DNA of 64,000 bases. Source: Microcoleus sp. Lineage in GTDB: Bacteria; Cyanobacteriota; Cyanobacteriia; Cyanobacteriales; Microcoleaceae. The position numbers and the translations under genes are program-made. The notes under the pieces are model-generated. The model made no database searches, had not been told where the DNA came from, and saw only the letters and a program-made list of their open reading frames with translations. Location of the stretch: contig JAYFMW010000020.1 of the NCBI GenBank assembly GCA_042408215.1, forward strand, positions 608,001-672,000, in the 5' to 3' direction. Of this stretch, positions 22,172 to 31,097 are shown piece after piece. Position 1 is the first letter of the stretch, and each line of letters starts with the position of its first letter.

Positions 22172-23098
22172 TTGAAAATACCCACTACCAAACTATCTTC
22201 CCTGCAACCAGAACAACTGGAAGCTTGGGCAACAGAGGCCATTAATCGCAGTCTGTCCGGTCAAATCCCCGCGTACATACCCCTGCTAGTTCAAGCCGAT
22301 AAAAGTGAGTTTACCGTGCAAATTAGGGCAATTGACGGTGAATTTATGGGCTTTGGTAGGGCAGATAAAACCTTCCCGCTGATGAGCGTAGTCAAGCCTT
22401 TTGTAATGCTTTATTTGCTATGTGAATTGGGAGAAACAGCGGTATTTGAGAGGGTTGGCTGCGAACCTTCGGAACTACCTTTCAATTCCCTGACTCAACT
22501 CCAAATAGACAAAGGGAAGCCGAGAAATCCGATGATTAATAGCGGGGCGATCGCCCTAGGGTCTTTGATTCCCGGTGAAAATGCTGTCACCCGCTGTCAA
22601 AATCTGGGAACTTGGCTGAATCTACAGGCAAATAGTCAGTTATTTGTGGATGAGTTAATGCTCGATTCAGTCAAGGCAAATCCTAATCAAAATAATGGGA
22701 ATCTTGCATTAGAAATGGTAAAATTTGGTGTTATTCAAGATGCCGAAATCGCTTTGGAAACCTACAATCGCGTTTGCTGTTTGTCGGGAACTGTGGAGGA
22801 TTTGGCTAAGCTGGGAATGCTCTTGGTAAATAGTGGCGATCGCACAATCTCAGAACAAGGCCGCACAGTCAAAGCATTGATGGCAACTTGTGGCTTATAT
22901 CAGGCATCGGGACGCTTTGCGGTGCGGGTGGGATTGCCTACCAAATCGGGAGTTAGCGGGGCTGTACTGTCGGTGATTCCGGGTCAAGGGGCGATCGCCT
23001 GTTACAGCCCCCCTCTGGATCGAGAGGGAAATTCTGTCGGCGGTTTGTTTCTGTTAGAACAAATAGCGAAATCTCTGGGACTGAGTGTATTTGAGTAG
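22172..23098 (+). CDS. glsA: Glutaminase A
   Basis: SxxK motif LMSVVKPF, PRNPMINSGA, GLPTKSGVSG, SPPLD.GNS. Confidence 0.93.
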   Translation: MKIPTTKLSSLQPEQLEAWATEAINRSLSGQIPAYIPLLVQADKSEFTVQIRAIDGEFMGFGRADKTFPLMSVVKPFVMLYLLCELGETAVFERVGCEPSELPFNSLTQLQIDKGKPRNPMINSGAIALGSLIPGENAVTRCQNLGTWLNLQANSQLFVDELMLDSVKANPNQNNGNLALEMVKFGVIQDAEIALETYNRVCCLSGTVEDLAKLGMLLVNSGDRTISEQGRTVKALMATCGLYQASGRFAVRVGLPTKSGVSGAVLSVIPGQGAIACYSPPLDREGNSVGGLFLLEQIAKSLGLSVFE

Positions 23099-23664
23099 AT
23101 AGGCTTACCCATCGGGTACCAAAAACCCGGTTTCTGCGTTAGCATTGGTGAAAAAAACGACAATTTTTCAAAGAAACCGGGTTGTTTGCGTCCACGACTA
23201 ATAGAAAAGAGATGGACTAAATTGCCCAAAAATTTACTAAACTTAGTCATACTTAACTTGACTGATTAACATTGTGGGCAGTATGATTACACCAATGCCT
23301 AAAAAAGGCTTAATTATCTGGTTTGTAAACCACAGTTTTGTCAAAACTGACCAGCCTGTAAAAAGGTCGAACGGGAGTCCGCGTTTCGTTAAATTGGTTG
23401 AAAATAGTGGGTGACTCATGGCTAAAAGCTTCAACTAAGATTAATTAAATTAGGGTGGGCTACACCCGAATTAACGCCTGTGGACAAGAATGAGCCGACT
23501 CCCTTGGATGAAACAGGAAGCAGACCCTTCAGAAGTAATTCTGATTGAATGGTGAGACTTAAATAAGTTTAGCCAAGTTTTGTGTAGCAGCTGTTCCGAT
23601 GTAGACGCCAAACGGTAAAATGGACTGTTGTATATAGGTTATATAGAGCAGGAGAACATTTTCA

Positions 23665-23865
23665 GTGGCAATAGAAGTAGGACAGAAAGTTAAGGTGCGC
23701 CGTCTCAGAGATCGGATACCTGCAAATATCGTGAGCAAGTTGAAAACGAATCCAGTAGGTACTGTGGACAGCTTCAAAATGGTTGACGGTAGTGGAGTCG
23801 GTTTGGTTGTTAAGTTTGACGGTTTTGCGACTTGGTTTTTTGAAGACGAACTCGAAGCCGTTTAG
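23665..23865 (+). CDS. petP: Cytochrome b6f-associated subunit PetP (DUF2862)
   Basis: IEVGQKVKVRRLRDR...DGSGVG...TWFFEDEL is characteristic of the family; AGGAG RBS. Confidence 0.85.
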   Translation: MAIEVGQKVKVRRLRDRIPANIVSKLKTNPVGTVDSFKMVDGSGVGLVVKFDGFATWFFEDELEAV

Positions 23866-24186
23866 CAGAAGGAAGAGGAGAGAAGGAAGAGGTTCGGCAA
23901 CGGATTCTGTAACGGATTTAACGGATTTAACGGATTTAATGGAGGTCGGGAAGAAGGAAAAAGGAAGAAAAATTTTCTAACTCTCCCCTTCTCCCTTTCT
24001 CCCCTTCTCTCCTTCTCCGACTCTCCCGACTCTGCAACTCTTCAGAAAGATAGGTGGCACGGGCTGGAAATGACCGTTAATATGGTCGGTATTGTCCGCG
24101 AAAGTACGGCCAGTGAGCGATCGTTGGGAAATCGCCCTGGCTGAGAATTGCGGTGAAATATTAAGCTTTGGGGCTGAAAACAGAAA

Positions 24187-25284
24187 ATGGCTTTGATTTT
24201 AACATTTTTGGGTAAAGGTGGCACTGGCCGTAGCACGATCGCGATCGCAACTGCGAAGAAATATGCGGCTCAAGGCAAGCGAGTTCTGCTGCTGAGTCAA
24301 GATCCGGGGCCGGGATTGGGGATTTTGTTGGGAACTCCCCTGACTTCCACCCCCCAAGAAATCGCCCCGAATTTCAAAGCAGTTCAGGTACAAAGCGCGC
24401 CAATGCTGGAACGTAGATGGGACGAGGTGAAAAAGTTGGAAGCCCAATATGTCCGCACGCCCTTTTTTAAGCAGATTTATGGCCAAGAATTGGGGGTGTT
24501 ACCGGGAATGGACAGCGCGCTGGCTTTGAATGAACTGCGGGAATATGACGAAAGCAAACAATATGATGCGATCGTTTATGATGGCACCGGCGGGATGGAT
24601 ACGCTACGGATGCTGGGAATGCCGGAAATTTTGAGTTGGTACATTCGCCGATTCCGCCAAGCTTTGGTAGATTCTGATTTGGGTAAAGCTTTATCGCCTT
24701 TTATTCAACCGGTGGTTAGTACGGTTTTGAATGTGGATATGTCGGGGGACAATGCTACTAAGTCTACCCAACAAGTCGATAATTTTTTGGATAAGGGCAA
24801 GGAAGTCGCTGGCAAATCCGAACCGCACGGCGGCTTATTTGGTGACGACTGCGAGATGCAAGTGCGATCGCCACAGCCCGCTATTTGTGGGGAAGTTCTC
24901 AACAGAGTTGGTTTGACTGTGGGCGGTGTGATTGTCAATCAAGCGCCGATTACAAAAACTATAGCGGCGGATTTTGAGCCTTTGACAGCAGTTTCGGTGC
25001 CGGCGCACAGCGATAATAATTGGCAGCCACTAATTGATGCTTTGCCAGATTTTTCTGAGGCGACAAGAGCTCCTAAGCCGATCGACATAAATATTGCACA
25101 ACGTCAAGTTAGTTTATTTTTGCCCTCCTTTGACAAGAAACAAATTAAATTGATTCAATCTGGGCCGGAAGTGACGATCGAAGCCGGCGATCAGCGGCGT
25201 AATATTTTGTTACCTCCGCAGCTAACTGGAAAATCAGTTACAGGTGCTAAATTCCAGAATGGTTATTTGATTATTTCTTTTTAG
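24187..25284 (+). CDS. ArsA/Get3-fold ATPase with C-terminal HSP20-like domain; internal 33-codon segment is out of register
   Basis: LTFLGKGGTGRST, ELGVLPGMDSAL, FLPSFDKKQIKL..GPEVTIEAGDQRRNI; see finding on 24807-24906. Confidence 0.88.
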   Translation: MALILTFLGKGGTGRSTIAIATAKKYAAQGKRVLLLSQDPGPGLGILLGTPLTSTPQEIAPNFKAVQVQSAPMLERRWDEVKKLEAQYVRTPFFKQIYGQELGVLPGMDSALALNELREYDESKQYDAIVYDGTGGMDTLRMLGMPEILSWYIRRFRQALVDSDLGKALSPFIQPVVSTVLNVDMSGDNATKSTQQVDNFLDKGKEVAGKSEPHGGLFGDDCEMQVRSPQPAICGEVLNRVGLTVGGVIVNQAPITKTIAADFEPLTAVSVPAHSDNNWQPLIDALPDFSEATRAPKPIDINIAQRQVSLFLPSFDKKQIKLIQSGPEVTIEAGDQRRNILLPPQLTGKSVTGAKFQNGYLIISF

Positions 25285-25561
25285 GGTAAGTTCGCCGGCG
25301 GGAACGGGTTTATTTATCTTTTATAATTCCCGTTGGGGCGGGTTTCACCAACCATAATCGGCTGAAACAAACAATCTCTAAAACCCGCCCCAACCCAACC
25401 AACAATCGAAATGTACATTCAGATTTATGGTGGGGCGGGGGCGGGTTTATATGGATTGTTAGTCATCATTATATATGGTTGGTAAAACCCGCCCCTACCG
25501 CAATGTACATTCAACCCCAAAATCTGCTACAATCTGCAATAACACATCACCCACCCAGCCA

Positions 25562-28500
25562 ATGTTCCGACAAATTTGGCAACGCATCCTCAACCTGTGG
25601 CGGCAAATTCAGCGGCGCTTCCGCAAACAACCAGCACCCCAACCGCCAAAGCCAACTCCGCGCTCTTTTGGGGAATACGAACAGAAATTCATGGCACTGT
25701 TAGAGGGTGTTGCAGAAGGCTGGAGTCGGGGCGAAATTAAAGGCTTTTTAATCGGTAGCAAAATCAATGATGCTGAGTGGGAAAACTGGCTGCAAGAATT
25801 TGGAGGAAGGTTGCTGGTATCGCCGGAAACGCATTTAGAGTTGGGTGGGCGGATGGTGCGGCTGGGTGAGATGAATTGCGGGAGAATTAGTGAGGTTGCT
25901 GGGAATATTGGTAGGCAATTGTTGGCACCCGTAAAAGCCGAAGAAACCGGGGTTTTTCCTGTTTCTGGGGGTGGTAACGAAGTATTTCCGCAAAACATCC
26001 CGGTTTCTGACAACCCGCCCCCAAAGCGTAAAGGAGAAGTCAGCCAACAGGCTATAGAATTATTTAACCAAGGAGTCGATCGCTATTATGCAGGAGATTT
26101 AGCAGGGGCGATCGCAGCCTTCGAGAAAGCCTTAGAAATTGACCCCAAATTCGACTATGCCTGGAACGGGCTAGGCGCTACCCTAAGAGGTTTGGGCCGC
26201 AACACTGAGGCGATCGCAGCCTTCGAGACAGCCTTAGAAATTGACCCCGAATCCCACGGTGCCTGGAACGGGCTGGGCAATGCCCTAAATGATTTGGGCC
26301 GCAACACAGAGGCGATCGCAGCCTTCGAGAAAGCCTTAGAAATTGACCCCAAATCCCACATTGTCTGGAACGGGCTGGGCAATGCCCTAAATAGTTTGGG
26401 CCGCAACACAGAGGCGATCGCAGCCTACGAGAAAGCCTTAGAAATTGACCCCAAATTCCACCATGCCTGGAACGGGCTGGGCGCTACCCTAAAAGATTTG
26501 GGCCGCAACACAGAGGCGATCGCAGCCTACGAGAAAGCCTTAGAAATTGACCCCAAATTCCACCATGCCTGGAACGGGCTGGGCGCTACCCTAAGAGGTT
26601 TGGGCCGCAACACTGAGGCGATCGCAGCCTTCGAGAAAGCCTTAGAAATTGACCCCAAATTCCACTTAGCCTGGAACGGGCTGGGCGCTACCCTAAGAGA
26701 TTTGGGCCGCAACACTGAGGCGATCGCAGCCTACGAGAAAGCCTTAGAAATTACAGGCGATCAATTCTGGGCAGCTTGGGCTAATCGAGGTTGGGCATTT
26801 TTCTACTCAGAGCGCTACTTTGAAGCAATTCAAAACTGGGATGAAGGCTTACAGAAATATCTCCCCAGCAACCACGACTATCGCCTCGCTTGTGGCCAAT
26901 TGCACTATCAAAAAGGCCAAGCACACTACAAACACGGCAAACAAACAGCCACAGATTTTGACTCTTTCCACAAAGCCAAAGCCAGCTACGAACAAGCCCG
27001 CGAATTCTTGAAATCACCCCTGATTCCAGAAACTTATTTAGAAGTAATGCAAGACTTAATTACCGTCTGCCGCAGCTTGGGAGATGCCAAAGCCAGCGAG
27101 TACCTTGTCGAAGCTACTACCGTCTTAGAAAATATAATTTTAGACGATGAAACTCACCCCGAAATCAAACAGCGACTCCAGCGCAATTTTGCCGGACTTT
27201 ACCAACTAGAAGTTGATATGTTTGTCGAGGCTGGCGACAAAGTAAATGCACTCGAAAAAGCGGAATCGCGGAAAAACTTTTGCCTGCAATGGATGCGCGC
27301 AACTTCGCCAAACCGCACCGCCAGCCCGACTTATTCCCAAATCCGAGATTTACTCACAAACAACACCGCAACCGCGATTATTTACTGGCATCTCAGCCCA
27401 GTTTCCCTGACTGCTTTTATCATTACCCTAGAAAAGTTTGAAACCATCGCCACACCTCTCACCGATTTATTCGCAAAGCGCAACAGTCACAGTTTAGAAA
27501 AATGGCTAGAAAACTGGAAAACCAACTATCAAAACTACTGCCAAACTACTAACAAACAGCAAAGCAAAGAATCCCATCCCTGGCGCGAGTCAATGACAGC
27601 CCAATTGCCACAACTCGCTGACATCCTGAAAATTCCCGAAATTTGTACGCACCTCACCAATATCCAAAACTTAATCTTAATTCCCCACCGCGACTTGCAC
27701 CTGTTGCCGCTAGATGCCCTGTTTCTGCCTCCCTTCCCACTGGAGGGGGTAGGCACGGGGGGGGTAGGCACGGGGGCACTACCCCTACAGAACCCTGGTA
27801 GGGGCAATCCCCCCGTGGTTGCCCCCAAAATCCGCACAATCACCCGCCTCCCCAGTGCACAAATTGCGATCGAACAGCAACAGCAAAACCCCAGGAAAAT
27901 TGCGCCCAATTCAATGCTGATGGTAGAGCACTCCCAGGGCAAAAGCGGATTAAAATTCACCCAAATCGAAGCAGCCGCCATCAAACAAATTAACCCAACT
28001 AATCGCGCCTCGAATGCAACCACTAAAACCGCAATTATTGAAGCATTAAAAACTAATAGTGGCATCTTTCATTATGCAGGTCACGCCTACCACAACACCG
28101 AAAAATCCGAGAATTCTGCCTTACTTTTAGGCACCGGCGAAGAATTGACATTGACCGACATTTTGCAGTTAAAATTTGTCAATTATTACCTAGTCTGCCT
28201 CAGCGCTTGCGAAACTGGTATCACCAAGAAAGGCGAGTTAATCGATGAATTCGTCGGCATAGCCAGTGGCTTTTTGCCGGAGACTAATTATGTGATCAGC
28301 ACTCTGTGGCGAGCGGAAGAACGTTCTAGCGCCTTCTTAATGATTTATTTCTACCAGTTATGGAAGCAGGGAATCCAGCCGCCTGAAGCCCTGCAACAAG
28401 CCAAAGATTGGCTCCGACAACTGACGAATGGTAAGCTAGGTGAGTGGTACGCGGGAGAGTTGTTGCCTTTGCTGAGAGAGGCTGAGTTTGACAACAAAGT

Positions 28501-28624
28501 TGATATTTTATTCTCCTGTGGAATTGATGCCTCAATTCTGCAAGAAAATTTAGCTACAATAGATGAGAAACCCTACGAGCATCCTTACTACTGGGCTGCT
28601 TTTAACATTACCGGGAACGGCTAA
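25562..28624 (+). CDS. TPR-repeat + CHAT (caspase-like) protease
   Basis: Six near-identical TPRs plus degenerate ones; CHAT motifs LILIPHRDLHLLPL, FHYAGHA (His), LSACETG (Cys), HPYYWAAF. Start at MFRQIWQR because the 25475 extension lies in a repeat. Confidence 0.93.
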   Translation: MFRQIWQRILNLWRQIQRRFRKQPAPQPPKPTPRSFGEYEQKFMALLEGVAEGWSRGEIKGFLIGSKINDAEWENWLQEFGGRLLVSPETHLELGGRMVRLGEMNCGRISEVAGNIGRQLLAPVKAEETGVFPVSGGGNEVFPQNIPVSDNPPPKRKGEVSQQAIELFNQGVDRYYAGDLAGAIAAFEKALEIDPKFDYAWNGLGATLRGLGRNTEAIAAFETALEIDPESHGAWNGLGNALNDLGRNTEAIAAFEKALEIDPKSHIVWNGLGNALNSLGRNTEAIAAYEKALEIDPKFHHAWNGLGATLKDLGRNTEAIAAYEKALEIDPKFHHAWNGLGATLRGLGRNTEAIAAFEKALEIDPKFHLAWNGLGATLRDLGRNTEAIAAYEKALEITGDQFWAAWANRGWAFFYSERYFEAIQNWDEGLQKYLPSNHDYRLACGQLHYQKGQAHYKHGKQTATDFDSFHKAKASYEQAREFLKSPLIPETYLEVMQDLITVCRSLGDAKASEYLVEATTVLENIILDDETHPEIKQRLQRNFAGLYQLEVDMFVEAGDKVNALEKAESRKNFCLQWMRATSPNRTASPTYSQIRDLLTNNTATAIIYWHLSPVSLTAFIITLEKFETIATPLTDLFAKRNSHSLEKWLENWKTNYQNYCQTTNKQQSKESHPWRESMTAQLPQLADILKIPEICTHLTNIQNLILIPHRDLHLLPLDALFLPPFPLEGVGTGGVGTGALPLQNPGRGNPPVVAPKIRTITRLPSAQIAIEQQQQNPRKIAPNSMLMVEHSQGKSGLKFTQIEAAAIKQINPTNRASNATTKTAIIEALKTNSGIFHYAGHAYHNTEKSENSALLLGTGEELTLTDILQLKFVNYYLVCLSACETGITKKGELIDEFVGIASGFLPETNYVISTLWRAEERSSAFLMIYFYQLWKQGIQPPEALQQAKDWLRQLTNGKLGEWYAGELLPLLREAEFDNKVDILFSCGIDASILQENLATIDEKPYEHPYYWAAFNITGNG
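26108..26750 (+). repeat. Six near-identical 102-bp TPR-coding repeats
   Basis: AIAA(F/Y)E(K/T)ALEIDP....WNGLG..L..LGRNTE repeated with high DNA identity. Confidence 0.95.
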
Positions 28625-28630
28625 ACTAAC

Positions 28631-29062
28631 ATGACTTCTCAAGAATCTACCTTATCGGGATTTAATCAGTTTGCACCCAAAGCTTTTTTAATCGCCCTCG
28701 CGAGATTTGAAGCTCCTCTTTCGCCTGAGTTGATAGCTGAAGTGAATGAAGTTGGTGAGGCTTTGGTGAATGGCGAGTTACAAAAAGCGTCTCAACTTAT
28801 TATTATAGCTCAAAAAGATGCTGCTTTTTATCAAGATTTTGAGCTGGCATTTAAGGAGTTGAAGACAATTCACGGCAAGAAAGAGAACGAAAAGAATAAG
28901 TATATGGCTGAGTTGGATGAAAATACTCCGCCACGCCAGACTGATGATTATAATAATTTTTTGGCGCCTCCTTTGACTAATTCTAATCCGCAGAGTGTGG
29001 CGAAGCGGTTGTTGGGAAAGGCTACTGATTTGGTGGAACGGGTTTATCGGTTGAGGTTTTGA
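28631..29062 (+). CDS. Small helical hypothetical protein coupled to the CHAT gene
   Basis: Starts 6 bp after the CHAT stop; 143 aa. Confidence 0.8.
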   Translation: MTSQESTLSGFNQFAPKAFLIALARFEAPLSPELIAEVNEVGEALVNGELQKASQLIIIAQKDAAFYQDFELAFKELKTIHGKKENEKNKYMAELDENTPPRQTDDYNNFLAPPLTNSNPQSVAKRLLGKATDLVERVYRLRF

Positions 29063-29087
29063 TTTAAGGGCGCTTGGTGGAGATTAC

Positions 29088-29620
29088 CGGAGGCCACCCG
29101 GCGGTTGAAACCGCGGCTACACAAACGATGTCCGCCTTCGCGGACTAAGAGATTACCCGGCGGTTGAAACCGTGGCTACACACGGAGGCCACCCGGCGGT
29201 TGAAACCGCGGCTACACAAACGATGTCCGCCTTCGCGGACTAAGAGATTACCCGGCGGTTGAAACCGTGGCTACACACGGAGGCCACCCGGCGGTTGAAA
29301 CCGCGGCTACACAAACGATGTCCGCCTTCGCGGACTAAGAGATTACCCGGCGGTTGAAACCGTGGCTACACACGGAGGCCACCCGGCGGTTGAAACCGCG
29401 GCTACACAAACGATGTCCGCCTTCGCGGACTAAGAGATTACCCGGCGGTTGAAACCGTGGCTACACAAACGATGTCCGCCTTCGCGGACTAAGAGGTAGA
29501 TTGGTATTTGAGGTGACTCGGTAATTTATAACCGCCGAATGAACGAGATTTAATGTTATTCTTCAGTCCGCGTAGGCGGACTTGGTTTGTGTAGACGCGG
29601 TTTCAACCGCCGGGTAATTT
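29088..29620. repeat. Tandem array of 95-bp composite REP-like units plus one inverted copy
   Basis: CGGAGGCC at 29088, 29183, 29278 and 29373 (period 95); subunits CCCGGCGGTTGAAACCG(C/T)GGCTACAC and GTCCGCCTTCGCGGAC; inverted copy at about 29565-29618. Confidence 0.92.
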
Positions 29621-29645
29621 TATGTAACCATCAGAAACAGATTTT

Positions 29646-30971
29646 ATGCTCAAATTAGTTGACCCAACTCTGAATTTATTTAGCTACACTCTTAAACAAG
29701 GGTTGGGTGTCGGCGAACCGGAAACTCGCAAAGTTTACCACAGATTTTTAGAGGGTTTGTCTGAACAACTTCACCAAAAGCTGAATGTTTCTTTTACCCC
29801 TGAAAATAAACAAAAATTTCTGGCGCTAAATGAGGTAAAAGTAGCCGATTTACCTTTTACTGGAAACCTGAATAATCAGCAAGTGAAGGGCCGCTATCGC
29901 CGCTGGAATGTTAGCGATAATTATCAACTTTTACTTGATGGCTATGTGGATGGTGAGTATCAAGCTGACCAAGTTATTAAATTGATTGAAAGTTTGCAAT
30001 CTTTAATTCCTGAACCGCCGAAGTTGGAAAATATCGGCAAAACTTGGATGCTTTCGGGGTGGCTGGAATCTGGGACTAATTTGGAAGCGACAGAATTTGC
30101 AAAACTGGTTTACAAGTGTTTGTTTGAAAAAGATGGTGTTTCTCAGGGAAGCGGTGAGTTTTTAGGTGGGAAAGTAGTTGAGTTTTGGGGTGATAAGATT
30201 GAGGATAATTGTCAACTGTTGGTAATTTTATATCCCGATGAAGCTGCTTGTCAGGAATGCAGTGATTTTTATTTAAATTGGTTGGATTTGCTGTGCTTCC
30301 GCCATAAAATTATCTGGGCTTATGAGAAAAGTCTACTTTTAAAGGATCGATTGGTGAGTAATTACAACGAAATTGTGGAGATGAGGAATACTTCTCGACT
30401 CAATCTCCAGAAGCTGATGGATGCGATGGGGAAATTGTCTGATTTTGCGATCGACCTTAATTACCTGGAGTTGCAATATAGTACAATTAAGGTGAATCTG
30501 GAAAAGTACGAGAATAAGCTGGTAGAAATTCAAGCTAAGGCTAAGCCTACTGATGATTTGCAGTTTTTGCAGGATTTTTGCGACAAGGCTAAACAACATT
30601 ATCCCAAACAAATCCAAAAAGATATTGACAATTTTCGTCCTTGTTTGGAAATTTTGCAGAGTCTGACTGATACCATTAGAGGTACGGTTGAGATTCGGAA
30701 AGCTGAGAGCGATCGCAATTTTCAAGCAGTTGTCGGTATAGTCGGAGTTGGGCTGTCTACTGGCGGCACGGTAGCCTCTGCGGCTGCTGGTTTCCCAACG
30801 GAAATACAAGCAAATCATACTATCAATACTGCCATAAATACCTTGGTGCCAATTTTTGAGCCTGGTTCTGGATTGAGGGTAATTCTGGGATTTAGTATTC
30901 TATCTGGGGTAGCCGCTAGTCTGGTGACAGCGATAATTATAGCTGTGTGGCCGCGCATTTTTCGGCGTTAG
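29646..30971 (+). CDS. Hypothetical protein: globular N-domain, helical/coiled region, two C-terminal TM segments
   Basis: 441 aa; hydrophobic segments FQAVVGIVGVGLSTGGTVASAAAGF and VILGFSILSGVAASLVTAIIIAVW. Confidence 0.85.
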   Translation: MLKLVDPTLNLFSYTLKQGLGVGEPETRKVYHRFLEGLSEQLHQKLNVSFTPENKQKFLALNEVKVADLPFTGNLNNQQVKGRYRRWNVSDNYQLLLDGYVDGEYQADQVIKLIESLQSLIPEPPKLENIGKTWMLSGWLESGTNLEATEFAKLVYKCLFEKDGVSQGSGEFLGGKVVEFWGDKIEDNCQLLVILYPDEAACQECSDFYLNWLDLLCFRHKIIWAYEKSLLLKDRLVSNYNEIVEMRNTSRLNLQKLMDAMGKLSDFAIDLNYLELQYSTIKVNLEKYENKLVEIQAKAKPTDDLQFLQDFCDKAKQHYPKQIQKDIDNFRPCLEILQSLTDTIRGTVEIRKAESDRNFQAVVGIVGVGLSTGGTVASAAAGFPTEIQANHTINTAINTLVPIFEPGSGLRVILGFSILSGVAASLVTAIIIAVWPRIFRR

Positions 30972-31097
30972 TTTCGGCGATTAGGAATTACGCAGGAGGC
31001 GAGAAACCGGGTTTCGACCTAGATATCTAGTTGAGAATCTGCGATTTTTCAGAGAAACCCGGTTTCTTCAAGAAACCGGGTTTTTTAAGACAATTAC

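Noticed and set aside
23243..23434. 63-aa minus-strand ORF between glsA and petP
   Set aside because: TTG start, no RBS or recognisable motif; insufficient support.
26108..26750. Diversity-generating retroelement TR/VR pair
   Set aside because: No reverse transcriptase in the window; repeats are in-frame tandem TPRs and differences are not adenine-restricted.
29088..29500. CRISPR array (repeats contain GTTGAAAC, like some CRISPR repeat ends)
   Set aside because: Intervening sequences are identical rather than unique spacers, an inverted copy follows, and no cas genes are present.
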